Source of the DNA: Euprymna scolopes
Taxonomy: Eukaryota
NCBI GenBank assembly: GCA_053919585.1
Contig: CM132792.1
DNA: 64,000 nt
Strand: one strand, 5' to 3'
The translations under genes were made by a program, and so were the position numbers. Under the pieces are notes generated by a model. It saw nothing but the letters and a program-made list of their open reading frames with translations. It was not told the DNA's origin and searched no databases. Position 1 is the stretch's first letter. Every line of letters begins with the position of its first letter. Positions 39,590 to 52,315 of the stretch are shown piece after piece.

Positions 39590-41416
39590 TCACGCTCTCT
39601 CTCTACTCCACCTCCCGTCTCTATCTACCCCTCCCGTCTCTCTCTACCCCTCCCGTCTCTCTCTACCCCTCCCGTCTCTCTCTACCCCTCCCGTCTCTCT
39701 CTACCCCTCCCGTCTCTCTCTACCCCTCCCGTCTCTCTCTACCCCGCCCGTCTCTCTCTCTACCCCGCCCGTCTCTCTCTCTCCTCCTCCCGTCTCTCTC
39801 TCTCTCCTCCTCCCGTCTCTCTCTCTCTCTCCTCCTCCCGTCTCTCTCTCTCCTCCTCCCGTCTCTCTCTCTCTCCTCCTCCCGTCTCTCTCTCTCTCCT
39901 CCTCCCGTCTCTCTCTCTCCTCCTCCCGTCTCTCTCTCTCTCCTCCTCCCGTCTCTCTCTCTCTCCTCCTCCCGTCTCTCTCTCTCTCCTCCTCCCGTCT
40001 CTCTCTCTCTCTCCTCCTCCCGTCTCTCTCTCTCTCTCCTCCTCCCGTCTCTCTCTCTCTCTCCTCCTCCCGTCTCTCTCCTCCTCCCGTCTCTCTCTCT
40101 CTCTCCTCCTCCCGTCTCTCTCTCTCTCTCTCCTCCTCCCGTCTCTCTCTCTCTCCTCCTCCCGTCTCTCTCTCTCTCCTCCTCCCGTCTCTCTCTNNNN
40201 NNNNNNNNNNNNNNNNNNNNNNNNNNNNNNNNNNNNNNNNNNNNNNNNNNNNNNNNNNNNNNNNNNNNNNNNNNNNNNNNNNNNNNNNNNNNNNNNNNNN
40301 NNNNNNNNNNNNNNNNNNNNNNNNNNNNNNNNNNNNNNNNNNNNNNNNCCTCCTCCCGTCTCTCTCTCTCTCTCCTCCTCCCGTCTCTCTCTCTCTCCTC
40401 CTCCCGTCTCTCTCTCTCTCCTCCTCCCGTCTCTCTCTCTCTCCTCCTCCCGTCTCTCTCTNNNNNNNNNNNNNNNNNNNNNNNNNNNNNNNNNNNNNNN
40501 NNNNNNNNNNNNNNNNNNNNNNNNNNNNNNNNNNNNNNNNNNNNNNNNNNNNNNNNNNNNNNNNNNNNNNNNNNNNNNNNNNNNNNNNNNNNNNNNNNNN
40601 NNNNNNNNNNNNNNNNNNNNNNNNNNNNNNNNNNNNNNNNNNNNNNNNNNNNNNNNNNNNNNNNNNNNNNNNNNNNNNNNNNNNNNNNNNNNNNNNNNNN
40701 NNNNNNNNNNNNNCCTCCTCCCGTCTCTCTCTCTCTCCTCCTCCCGTCTCTCTCTCTCTCCTCCTCCCGTCTCTCTCTCTTCTCCTCCTCCTCCCGTCTC
40801 TCTCTCTTCTCCTCCCCCTCCCGTCTCTCTCTCTTCTCCTCCTCCTCCCGTCTCTCTCTCTTCTCCTCCTCCTCCCGTCTCTCTCTCTTCTCCTCCTCCT
40901 CCCGTCTCTCTCTCTTCTCCTCCTCCTCCCGTCTCTCTCTCTTCTCCTCCTCCTCCCGTCTCTCTCTCTTCTCCTCCTCCTCCCGTCTCTCTCTCTTCTC
41001 CTCCTCCTCCCGTCTCTCTCTCTTCTCCTCCTCCTCCCGTCTCTCTCTCTTCTCCTCCTCCTCCCGTCTCTCTCTCTTCTCCTCCTCCTCCCGTCTCTCT
41101 CTCTTCTCCTCCTCCTCCCGTCTCTCTCTCTTCTCCTCCTCCTCCCGTCTCTCTCTCTTCTCCTCCTCCTCCCGTCTCTCTCTCTTCTCCTCCTCCTCCC
41201 GTCTCTCTCTCTTCTCCTCCTCCTCCCGTCTCTCTCTCTCTTCTCCTCCTCCTCCCGTCTCTCTCTCTCTTCTCCTCCTCCTCCCGTCTCTCTCTCTCTT
41301 CTCCTCCTCCTCCCGTCTCTCTCTCTCTTCTCCTCCTCCTCCCGTCTCTCTCTCTCTTCTCCTCCTCCTCCCGTCTCTCTCTCTCTTCTCCTCCTCCTCC
41401 CGTCTCTCTCTCTCTN
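39590..41416. repeat. Polypyrimidine minisatellite [CCCGT(CT)n(CCT)n], 19-29 bp units, with assembly gaps
   Basis: Read directly. N runs at 40197-40348, 40462-40713 and 41417-41552. Confidence 0.95.
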
Positions 41417-42354
41417 NNNNNNNNNNNNNNNNNNNNNNNNNNNNNNNNNNNNNNNNNNNNNNNNNNNNNNNNNNNNNNNNNNNNNNNNNNNNNNNNNNNN
41501 NNNNNNNNNNNNNNNNNNNNNNNNNNNNNNNNNNNNNNNNNNNNNNNNNNNNTTGGTCCTATTCACTACATTACATGATCCACATATTCATGTCTAGATG
41601 TCGTCAAAATAGTTTGGACAGTTATTTTCATGCTGCCACATACAAATTTCAATACAATTTATTTTGTTCTGTCTATTTTTCTTGGATCAGAATCTATTGT
41701 TCTAATCCTGTATGCATGGGAAAGTTTAAAAATAATAAAAAAATATCTTCAGCATGCACAGTATGTTTAATCTGATTTTACTAAAAACTATTAAGGCAGG
41801 TATGATTTTCTTCATTGTTAGCCTTTTATAGCTTGGATTTCCTAGTCCGCTTTTTGCATGTTGCTCTACATTGTTGCACGGCATTAGGCAGACCATTGTT
41901 CATTTCCACACAGTTGGTCGTATTTACCAGTTGAGCACAAGTAATGCTAATCTGATTGCTTAGAATTAGTTTTTGTAATCATTTTCATGGATTGAACTCT
42001 GTTGAACTTCTTGTCGGATCTCTGGATTACAGGAGAATTAGTATTCTTTTACTCCAATATTAAAAACCTTTCCTCTTGTACTGAAAGCATCATACTAATT
42101 CTTTCTAAAAACTATTTCATCTGTTTTTGTTATTCATTTGAACTATTATTTTAGACTTTTTTTTTTTTTAATAAAATCGGTTATTTAATATGATTTACTA
42201 TTTAGTTTTTATTAGTATGCAGTTTGTTGTAGCCTTGTACACCAATAACCAAGACAAACCCAGAAACAAAAAGTGTATTAGTAAAAGTATGTTACAGAAA
42301 TACATATGATTCTGAAAGCCATAACTGCCACATATTGCAGTATTTATTTGCTTT

Positions 42355-42565
42355 CTGTCACAGAAAATTGTGACACAAGCTTGCAAGGTTGAAAGTCAAG
42401 TCAGCATCCCTAAAGAAAGAGCCCTCTAGCCTTTTAAAAATTGTCTAAGCAGCCCTGTCAGCATTCCTTTGTTAACGCGCCTCTGACAGTAAGTCGTAAA
42501 CTTACTTCACCTGAAAGGTGGGAGGCAAAGCCTGGAAGGGTGGACTCTCTAAGAGTATCTAGAGT
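42355..42565 (+). repeat. Unclassified ~280 bp interspersed repeat, copy 3 (partial)
   Basis: TGACACAAG..GGCAAAGCCTGGAAGGGTGGAC matches 4291-4580. Confidence 0.6.
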
Positions 42566-43763
42566 GACTGCCTCAGCATGACATAAAAGACCATCGAATG
42601 ACTTTGTCTCTGAACTTATCGCATGTGTCTGCAATCTTGACCTGACACCAAATGAATTATGTAAATCTGTGCATCAATGTTGAGGTGTAACTATATTTAA
42701 AGTCCTTGGGCAAGTTTATTATTGCTGAAATAGGTAAATCAGCTTACCTCATAACAGATAAGTAGGAAAAAGATATTAGAAAAACTTCTTTTTGTCTAAT
42801 CTAAAGTTTATTATAAGTAGAATGTATGAATAAATTGATTTTCTAAGTGTGATCGATTTGTTCTCCATCAATATGATTTTTTGTACCTTGTGTATCACTG
42901 GATAATGTTATTTTGTTAATACTAGTTCAATAGTTATTTAGATTTTATATATCTTAAAGATTAATGAATATGCAAAAACAACTAAAAGTTTTTGTAATCC
43001 AAACACTAATATTCTCTGAGAAAATCTACTCGGTTTTACTAGTTAGGTGGTGCTTATCAAAAAACATCAAAATAGATTGACATATTTAAAAAGAAATGAT
43101 TTGTGAATTGTTAATGTATAATTATTCTGTGGGTATAATCTTTTATTATTTCGTTTATTTGCTGATTATTTCAAATTGTATCTAAACCAACAAATTGAAA
43201 GCATCTTTAATGTTCGTGTGTTGCTACTAACGTTTAACTCTTGTGGGTCTTCTTGGATGAGATGTCATCATCTTAAACTGGAGATTTGCTAGATCAATCA
43301 CAAAATATGAAATCATCCCCAACTTTTTGAATGAGATCCATTAAGTACACTCAACTAAATTAGAAGAAAATTGCAGTTCCAAGTTGAAAAGCATTTTTTT
43401 AATTATTGTATGTTTTGATTTTGTATTTTTGATTTTAAACATTTAAAAACTATCCAAGTGACTTTGACTGAAATTAGCAAACCTCTCTATATGACACTTA
43501 AAGAATGAAAACAAAAAGGTTTTGTGCTTAAATCAAAGTATTTTTATATGATTGATATTAGAGATCTTGTAAAAATAATGATATTATATCAATTTGCTGT
43601 TCAGTTAGTGCTACTATATACAAGTAATATAAGTTAGCAGTTCAGGATGTTTCTGGGATAGCCTATATAAATTGGAGATTTTTGGCTTGTATTATATTAT
43701 TATATGGTATTAATGTTGAATATAGCTGATTTTGAATCGCTCAACCAGCAATAATTATCATTT

Positions 43764-43806
43764 TCTGCATTGATGAGTGCGAACGCATGAAACTAGTGTC
43801 TCAAGG
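43764..43806 (+). ncRNA. Type-I hammerhead ribozyme, copy 1 (C3 mutated)
   Basis: TCTGCA-tTGATGA-GTGC-GAAC-GCAT-GAAAC-TAGT-GTC-tcaagg. Confidence 0.7.
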
Positions 43807-44106
43807 TTGGAAAATAATTATTAATATTTATAATTATAAACCTTTTTAAGATGTTTAGTCCTGTCTGGGAAACAAAACAAAACAAAAAGGCAGGAAGCTA
43901 GTAGGATGCAACATTTATGACTTCCGGTCATTATAATACTCTATCATTGCTTTACTGTTATGCCCACATTTGACATTTATAGGCGTTTAATTTCCTTTAA
44001 TTCTCTTGTTAATTAATGCTACTCCAAGAGTAACGTTCTAGTTAATCCAGTTAAAGGTGACTTTGTAACAGGGTTTGAATCTCTCGACTAGCAGTAATTA
44101 TCACTT

Positions 44107-44151
44107 CCTGAACTGATGATTGCGAAAGCATGAAACCCTAGTGTCTGTAGA
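44107..44151 (+). ncRNA. Type-I hammerhead ribozyme, copy 2
   Basis: CCTGAA-CTGATGA-tTGC-GAAA-GCAt-GAAAC-CCTAGT-GTC-TGTAGA: intact core boxes, GNRA-capped stem II, GUC triplet. Confidence 0.75.
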
Positions 44152-46943
44152 TATAAAAATAATTGATGTATATATGAATAAAATCCTTTTCTCTATGTAT
44201 GAATTACTAAAAGTCTTTAAATTTAAGTATTTAAATGTATATAATTTCAAATGCATGAAATTGCAGCAATTTCGGAAGTATTATCTTGCAATTATTAAAA
44301 TCATCTGACATTAATTTATATGAGCACCATTTTGAAATTAAAAAAATATTTGGAAATAAAACCTGCCATGTTGAAATGCAAGGTTATGATGTAATGTTAT
44401 TATAGACCCTCCCGTCTCTTATTTTATGTATATCTTTTCTCTCTCATCACTTATCAGTTGTCCTTTATTTACATCATTAGCCCCCCCTCCCCACCACAAA
44501 ATTTAAAACACGGACAGATGAAAAGAGAGCTCACTGACAACATTATCAGCTTGTTAATAGTATAGAGATTATGCCTTTTTGGTCAGTTTATTCCTTTTCT
44601 TAACTTGATTAGGTAATCTGTTTGAAAAATCCATCTAATTGTGATTTCATTATTGAAATCTTGCTTGCCAATCAATTTCCACTGAACTGGTGTGAGGAGA
44701 AAACTGATCTTATCTGTTTACTGTGTGAAATGCTTAGTTCCTTATATTTTGGAAATTTATTTCGGTCTGTTTTATCTGCACACCCTGCCTTCCTTTCATA
44801 TGCATGTATAATAAGTAGGTGATTCTCCCCCCCCCCCGACGTACCTTGTTCTTCTTTTCCTAATGTAAGTCATTAAATATGAAATACTCTATAATGTTGT
44901 TAATTTCAGAAAGCAGGTAGATACACGTTTTACAGGTGTGTAATCCATATAATAGACATTGATTCGATTTATGCTTATTTTATTTATCAGATTTTATATT
45001 TGTGTTACTGCCACTTTCTCTTGCTCTCTCTCTCTCTTTCTGACATGCTGAATCTTGTTTATCATTGGCCACAATGTGTTTGATTTTGCTTTGCTTGCTT
45101 GAGCTTCCATGTTTGAACACGTCTAGACAGTTGCTAGGAGACTTGTTAAATGCCAGCCTATTCTTTTTTACCCTCTACTCACACGACATTCCACATTGCT
45201 TTAACAGTTGACCTCCCTCTTTTGTTAAATAAACAAATAGATACATTGAAATATTAAGTTGTTGAAACAAAATATACATAAAAATAATGAAAATAGAAAA
45301 AGAACAATCTAACTTTTTATGTTAAAAAAAATTAAGGTTTTCTTTAAAATTTTAAAAGGTGAAAGAATTTAGATTTATTAGCAAAAATAAAAATATTCAA
45401 AGTATAAATTTGTTTTGCTAAGTTTTATTAACTCCAATCGTTTTTCGGTATAGAATTTTCTTTAAAATCAAAATTCTCTTGATTTGTTTTGTGCAATCAT
45501 AAAATGCAATTTTTATTTATCTTTAAACAAAAAACATTCTGACATTTTTAAGAATAAATTATTACTTGTGACAGTTTTTGTTAAACAGAAGCAAAATGTC
45601 CGTTATCACAATTCCTGATATTGACATGAATATATGGAATTTCAAATTATTTTAGCGAAAGAATTGATTTGTGCAAGTTGTGATTTGTAATTGGTTTTAT
45701 GTTACTCTTTGGGGCAAAGTAAATTTATTGCTTACTGCCTGAGGTACTTCAACCAGAGAATGCCGACAGAGCTGCCAAAGCAATTTTTAAAAGGCCTGAA
45801 TCTGTCTCCTTTAGCTGTGCTTACTTAACTCTTCCAATCTTGTTTCACATCTTTCTGCAGTGGAAAGGAAATAAATATTACAATTTGTGTCAGTTATGTT
45901 CCCCAAAATCATGACGTGTACTTCTGTAAATACTTTTGCTAATACATATTTTTTGTCAATTATACCACTGTGTTGTCTTGATTAGTTTTAGTTTCTTTTT
46001 AGAATGAAATATAGAATTCAAGAAATCAGTTTTTAGTCACTTTTACAGTTTTTGACCTTTTAGCTTAATGATTCGCAGAACATTTTTTTCTTGTCTTAAA
46101 CCAGTTTGTATAGGATTAAAACTGAGCACATTATCATATTGCCGTACACACTATACCTGTGAATGGATGGTTTTAATGCTGGGAAGAAGGACAACTAACA
46201 AAGTTTTAATGGTAAGAGAAGGGTGGAAAAAAAATTGAATGGCCTAAATAATTAAGAGAAAAGAGGGGATGTTTTTTTTTTTTATGATATCACAATATAG
46301 TCTGAAATCCATTGTATTTGTGCATGAATTGTTTGTGAGAGCAAAAGTGGATGATGATAATGATGAGAAATTGATGAAAATAAGGAAGGAAAAAAGAAGA
46401 ACCAAAACAAACATTATAGACTCTGTATGTTTGTGATGACACGAAATTGATTGAAGTATGGAAAACTTGATAGTTGCCAAATGATGTGAATTTCAAAGAG
46501 AATTTGTGTTCATTCCTAGGATGAAGGTTTTTGTTGTGTTTTGAAGCAGATACTCTTTCTTTTCAAAGAGTTCCGTTTACATTAGGATTTGCTTTTAATC
46601 TGGCTATTCACGAATGATAAACACAGATCTTGGGTAGTTTTGATTTATTTATAATAACCTGTGTTTCAACACCGCCAGTTTTATGTTACATTAAGTAGAG
46701 TGAAATGGAAAGAGAATATTAAGGTATTTGTAAACTAAGATAAATGTACAAATACTATGAATAAAGCGGTTTTCAATTAATAATAGTTTCCTGTCATTGT
46801 AAAAACATGATTATCAACTAATGCTAAAAATAAGAAATAATCTATTTTTTTAATATATGTAATATTGGCTGCGATAGTAATATATAACTTTATTTTTTGT
46901 AAAAATAGCTTTTTTCCCCTTATATTTGAATTCTATTATTATT

Positions 46944-49000
46944 TATTTATTTGTTTATTTTTATTTTACATATTTACAAAAGAACTGGTTGAATGTTACG
47001 GAAATACTTTTAATAGATAACTGATATTTCCTCATATGAAAACAAATTATATATTTATTTGTTTATTTTTATTTTACATATTTACAAAAGAACTGGTTGA
47101 ATGTTACGGAAATACTTTTAATAGATAACTGATATTTCCTCATATGAAAACAAATTATATATTTATTTGTTTATTTTTATTTTACATATTTACAAAAGAA
47201 CTGGTTGAATGTTACGGAAATACTTTTAATAGATAACTGATATTTCCTCATATGAAAACAAATTATATATTTATTTGTTTATTTTTATTTTACATATTTA
47301 CAAAAGAACTGGTTGAATGTTACGGAAATACTTTTAATAGATAACTGATATTTCCTCATATGAAAACAAATTATATATTTATTTGTTTATTTTTATTTTA
47401 CATATTTACAAAAGAACTGGTTGAATGTTACGGAAATACTTTTAATAGATAACTGATATTTCCTCATATGAAAACAAATTATATATTTATTTGTTTATTT
47501 TTATTTTACATATTTACAAAAGAACTGGTTGAATGTTACGGAAATACTTTTAATAGATAACTGATATTTCCTCATATGAAAACAAATTATATATTTATTT
47601 GTTTATTTTTATTTTACATATTTACAAAAGAACTGGTTGAATGTTACGGAAATACTTTTAATAGATAACTGATATTTCCTCATATGAAAACAAATTATAT
47701 ATTTATTTGTTTATTTTTATTTTACATATTTACAAAAGAACTGGTTGAATGTTACGGAAATACTTTTAATAGATAACTGATATTTCCTCATATGAAAACA
47801 AATTATATATTTATTTGTTTATTTTTATTTTACATATTTACAAAAGAACTGGTTGAATGTTACGGAAATACTTTTAATAGATAACTGATATTTCCTCATA
47901 TGAAAACAAATTATATATTTATTTGTTTATTTTTATTTTACATATTTACAAAAGAACTGGTTGAATGTTACGGAAATACTTTTAATAGATAACTGATATT
48001 TCCTCATATGAAAACAAATTATATATTTATTTGTTTATTTTTATTTTACATATTTACAAAAGAACTGGTTGAATGTTACGGAAATACTTTTAATAGATAA
48101 CTGATATTTCCTCATATGAAAACAAATTATATATTTATTTGTTTATTTTTATTTTACATATTTACAAAAGAACTGGTTGAATGTTACGGAAATACTTTTA
48201 ATAGATAACTGATATTTCCTCATATGAAAACAAATTATATATTTATTTGTTTATTTTTATTTTACATATTTACAAAAGAACTGGTTGAATGTTACGGAAA
48301 TACTTTTAATAGATAACTGATATTTCCTCATATGAAAACAAATTATATATTTATTTGTTTATTTTTATTTTACATATTTACAAAAGAACTGGTTGAATGT
48401 TACGGAAATACTTTTAATAGATAACTGATATTTCCTCATATGAAAACAAATTATATATTTATTTGTTTATTTTTATTTTACATATTTACAAAAGAACTGG
48501 TTGAATGTTACGGAAATACTTTTAATAGATAACTGATATTTCCTCATATGAAAACAAATTATATATTTATTTGTTTATTTTTATTTTACATATTTACAAA
48601 AGAACTGGTTGAATGTTACGGAAATACTTTTAATAGATAACTGATATTTCCTCATATGAAAACAAATTATATATTTATTTGTTTATTTTTATTTTACATA
48701 TTTACAAAAGAACTGGTTGAATGTTACGGAAATACTTTTAATAGATAACTGATATTTCCTCATATGAAAACAAATTATATATTTATTTGTTTATTTTTAT
48801 TTTACATATTTACAAAAGAACTGGTTGAATGTTACGGAAATACTTTTAATAGATAACTGATATTTCCTCATATGAAAACAAATTATATATTTATTTGTTT
48901 ATTTTTATTTTACATATTTACAAAAGAACTGGTTGAATGTTATGGAAATACTTTTAATAGATAACTGATATTTCCTCATATGAAAACAAATTATATATTT
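46944..49000. repeat. Tandem array, 19 copies of a 108 bp AT-rich unit
   Basis: AGAACTGGTTGAATGTTACGG recurs at 46981, 47089 ... 48925. The only variant I saw is C>T at 48943. Confidence 0.97.
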
Positions 49001-49884
49001 GTTTAGAATTGAATGATTTCATATGTTTCTTCAGGGCACATTTTTCTTTTTGTTTTCTTGTTATAAATTTGTGTAAAATGCATGTCAATGTTCACCACAT
49101 TTTGACCATGTAAATGATTGTAACGACTTTTAGCTGATATGAATAGAAAATGTGGGGAAAATGCTAAAATGTTTTCATCTTGTGAAAAAAAAAAATTGTT
49201 TTTATTATGATTTGAATAATTTAAATTATCTCCCCCTCCTTCGTCATCTATCTTTTAGATACTCATCAATTACTATTTTCTGTTTATTTTCTTAATGTGC
49301 TTTCTGAATTTTCATACCAGTAATGGAAAACTGTGAAAAGCCCTCTAATTCTGAATATGAACATCCATTAATTATATTTGCCAGTCTATCCGTGGAGGCT
49401 TACATTATCTTCTGGGAATCTAATTTATTAATTGTATTACTTTGATTTTGATATATTGATCTTATTTGATAAGACCTAATTTACTGGAAGAGTTATAATT
49501 AGATTTACCCTTCTGAAGGAATTTCATTTTTCTTGAAATTTTAGAAATATTATCCTTTCAATTTGATTAAGACATATCCAATTTGACAAATTAGTATTGA
49601 AAGTCATTACATATAAGTATATTATTTATCAAAGTAATCTTAATCTCATACAAAAATCATTTATCAACCGCAAAAAAAAAAACAAACAAAACAAACAAAA
49701 CATCTTGTTCATTTTGATATACTTGCATAAAAACTTGAATCATAGATTTCTGGTTCCGTCTGTAAGATTGTTTTTCAACAAACAAATGTATATTTTATGA
49801 GGATTTTTTATCGTATGATTTAGTCCTTTCTTAGATGACTTGGTTGTACAGATACTAAGATGTTCAATTATTCAATTATACCTC

Positions 49885-49925
<41 letters not shown>

Positions 49926-51712
49926 AAATTGGAGAATATTAGATATTTTATACTAGGTAGCACTTTATGTTATCTGGGAATGAACAAGGAATGTACTTCT
50001 GCTCCCAGCTCTACACTAACATTTTTATTTTTAATTTCTGTAATTTTCAAATTTTAAGTCCTAAATATAATAAATTCTTATCTTTACTGTTTATTAATGT
50101 CCTGTTTAAATGCAGACACTGTGATATTATATTGTAAAAAGCCCTCATACAAAACACTTTGTAAAATTATACTAAGAAAGTAGTTTAATCTTGGTATAAA
50201 ACCTGGTTTTCAATTGCATCCGCACACATAAAGATAGCTTTACTATGTTTCTGCTGTCTATCTTACAAATTTTGTTTGGTTAAAGTATGGTGTATGAAGT
50301 GGTACTGAAATTTGTTTAAAGTCTAATGTTTAGATGTGCATCGTTTCTGATTTTTTTGTGTCACCTTTGATTGTGAAGACATTGAATTATTAGTAAAATT
50401 AGACTTATAATTTTGGTTTTATATTTTAACCAATTTGCTCATAAGTTTTTCCTCATTTTTAGAATATATCTGATTTTTATTTTTATAATTTGGATAAACG
50501 CTCTAAATAAATTTGAGTTTATTAAAATCATTCCAAAAAATAATTCTAGTCTACCTTTTAAAATTAGAAGTTATTAAGAAGTCTTTTCATTTCAATAGGA
50601 TGTATTAGAACTTTGTTACCAGAAATGTCACTGGAAATTTCAGGTTCCATTTTATCTGTGTAAACAAATTCCTTTTATTATATATTTTGTAAAAAAAAAA
50701 AAAAAAACAACCCAAAAAAACCCTGTAAAATTAGTGGTTGTGAATTCGGTTTTTATATTCCATGCAATCTTTTGTTTTACATTTGCTAGTTTCAAATTCT
50801 GTTAGTTTTAAAACCAGCACTAATTTCTATTTGCCACCAATTGAAATGAATTCATTAAATTAGTTTCTAAATTATTGGCTTGTTGGAGTTGATTGATTCA
50901 TTTCTTTCACACATTTCTTTGGCTTCCAATTCAGTTTGAATATCCATTACTTTGCTTAGTTCTGTAAGAAAATGGCAAATGAAACCACTAACGGTCATCA
51001 GCTTAAAAGGCACTTGGCTTCTATGGGATTAATTGTCTTTAAATGCTTTCTAATTGTATCCTATTTGTCGATTTGGCATGCCCCGTTTCTTCCTGCTTCA
51101 AATACGTTCTGTTTCTTCACATCTGTTTTCTTGTTTGCAAAATTATAAAATTCTTCCCCTAGTTTTTGTTTCAGAATATTGGCTGGAACTTATTCTGACT
51201 TAAAAAAAAACGCACTTAATAATTTTCTAACGGATATCTAATGATTTTGATGTAAATATATTAAGCTATTGTAGAAGTGTAATAGAATTTCTTCCAACCA
51301 TGAAAATAAAAATTGACTCCTTCCCCTCAAGATATTGCACAATCCATATTGAGAAAAGCTGATCTATTTGTTGGTCAATTTATATTTAGTGATATTCAGT
51401 GAAATGTTAGGTGTTCCTCAATGTAGTTTCCCTTGTATTTTGGTAACATCCCATTAACAATATTTGTTACTTTATTAGAATTTTCTGTGCGATTGCTAAT
51501 CTGATAGAATATGGTGGATTTTCTCTTAAACTCATTCCTGCTGTTACCCTTAACTTGATGTGCTTTAATGAACATTGTTCCACTTAAACCAATGAGATAC
51601 CAAATGCAGTCGAGGTTTCCATAAACATGTAAACCACTCCATACAACTTTTTAAAAATTTTTTATTTTTTTTTATAAAACAATAGAAAATAACACCTTTA
51701 TTTTGAGATATC

Positions 51713-51761
51713 ATTAAAATAAGCATCCTAGGGTTTTAAACCCTAGGATGCTTATTTTAAT
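51713..51761. repeat. Perfect palindrome, 24 bp arms, 1 nt spacer
   Basis: ATTAAAATAAGCATCCTAGGGTTT-T-AAACCCTAGGATGCTTATTTTAAT. Confidence 0.95.
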
Positions 51762-52087
51762 TTTTTGTGGCTGATGCCCAGCAGAAATTCTTAAAAGGCC
51801 CAATACAAATTCGCTTTATAGATATTTAAATGACTCCAATTAATTGTAGGAACAGAATAAACTTTAGGATAACTAAAAAAAAAAAATTAAATATGAGCAC
51901 AAGTCAAAAATAAATCAAAGATAGAGACAAGATAGGTAACAAAAAAAAAAAAAATAAATGGGACAAATTATTTTAGTTCCCTCATGTCAAAGTAAAGGTC
52001 ACCTTTTATTACTTTGACCTACTTAAAAATGACAAGTGCTAAAACTAGTTTAGTAAGGAGTAATAAAATCAATGAATCTGATTAGCA

Positions 52088-52315
52088 GCTTAACATCACA
52101 TGCAGTTGAGAAGTTTTATTACACAAGCTGAAAGGCCCTGCACATAAAATCAACAGTAGATTCTTTGATATTCGAAAACAAGTCACTGCAGAGAGACATA
52201 TAAAACTTCATCCTCATGCCCTGTGGTGAGTTCTCAACTAGAGCCGGCAATTTATTTGATTGAAACATTCCTTATTCTTCGTTCGATCACGGGTAATGTC
52301 GGGTCTCCCTGATAG
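52088..52315 (+). mobile_element. Partial copy of the 13098-13744 Helitron family
   Basis: ACACAAGC.GAAAGGCCC.GCA.ATAAAAT.AACAGTAG and CTCAACTA.AGC.GGCAAT are shared; decayed end CGGGTAATGTCGGGTCTCCCTGATAG. Confidence 0.7.

Larger units (their letters stand above)
43731..44151 (+). mobile_element. Retrozyme-like unit bounded by ~70 bp direct repeats containing HHRs
   Basis: 43731-43800 aligns with 44074-44145; predicted cleavage sites are 345 nt apart. Confidence 0.7.

Noticed and set aside
39701-41566. 621 aa Arg/Glu-rich ORF
   Set aside because: It is the translation of a purine-strand minisatellite across N gaps and is stop-free only because of composition.
46301-46424. Exon candidate LKSIVFVHELFVRAKVDDDNDEK.. 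with TAG/GTATGT boundaries
   Set aside because: Low-complexity purine-rich sequence with no recognisable protein family.
46944-49000. CRISPR array or coding repeat
   Set aside because: Units are contiguous and identical with no spacers, no cas genes are present, the context is eukaryotic, and every frame has stops.
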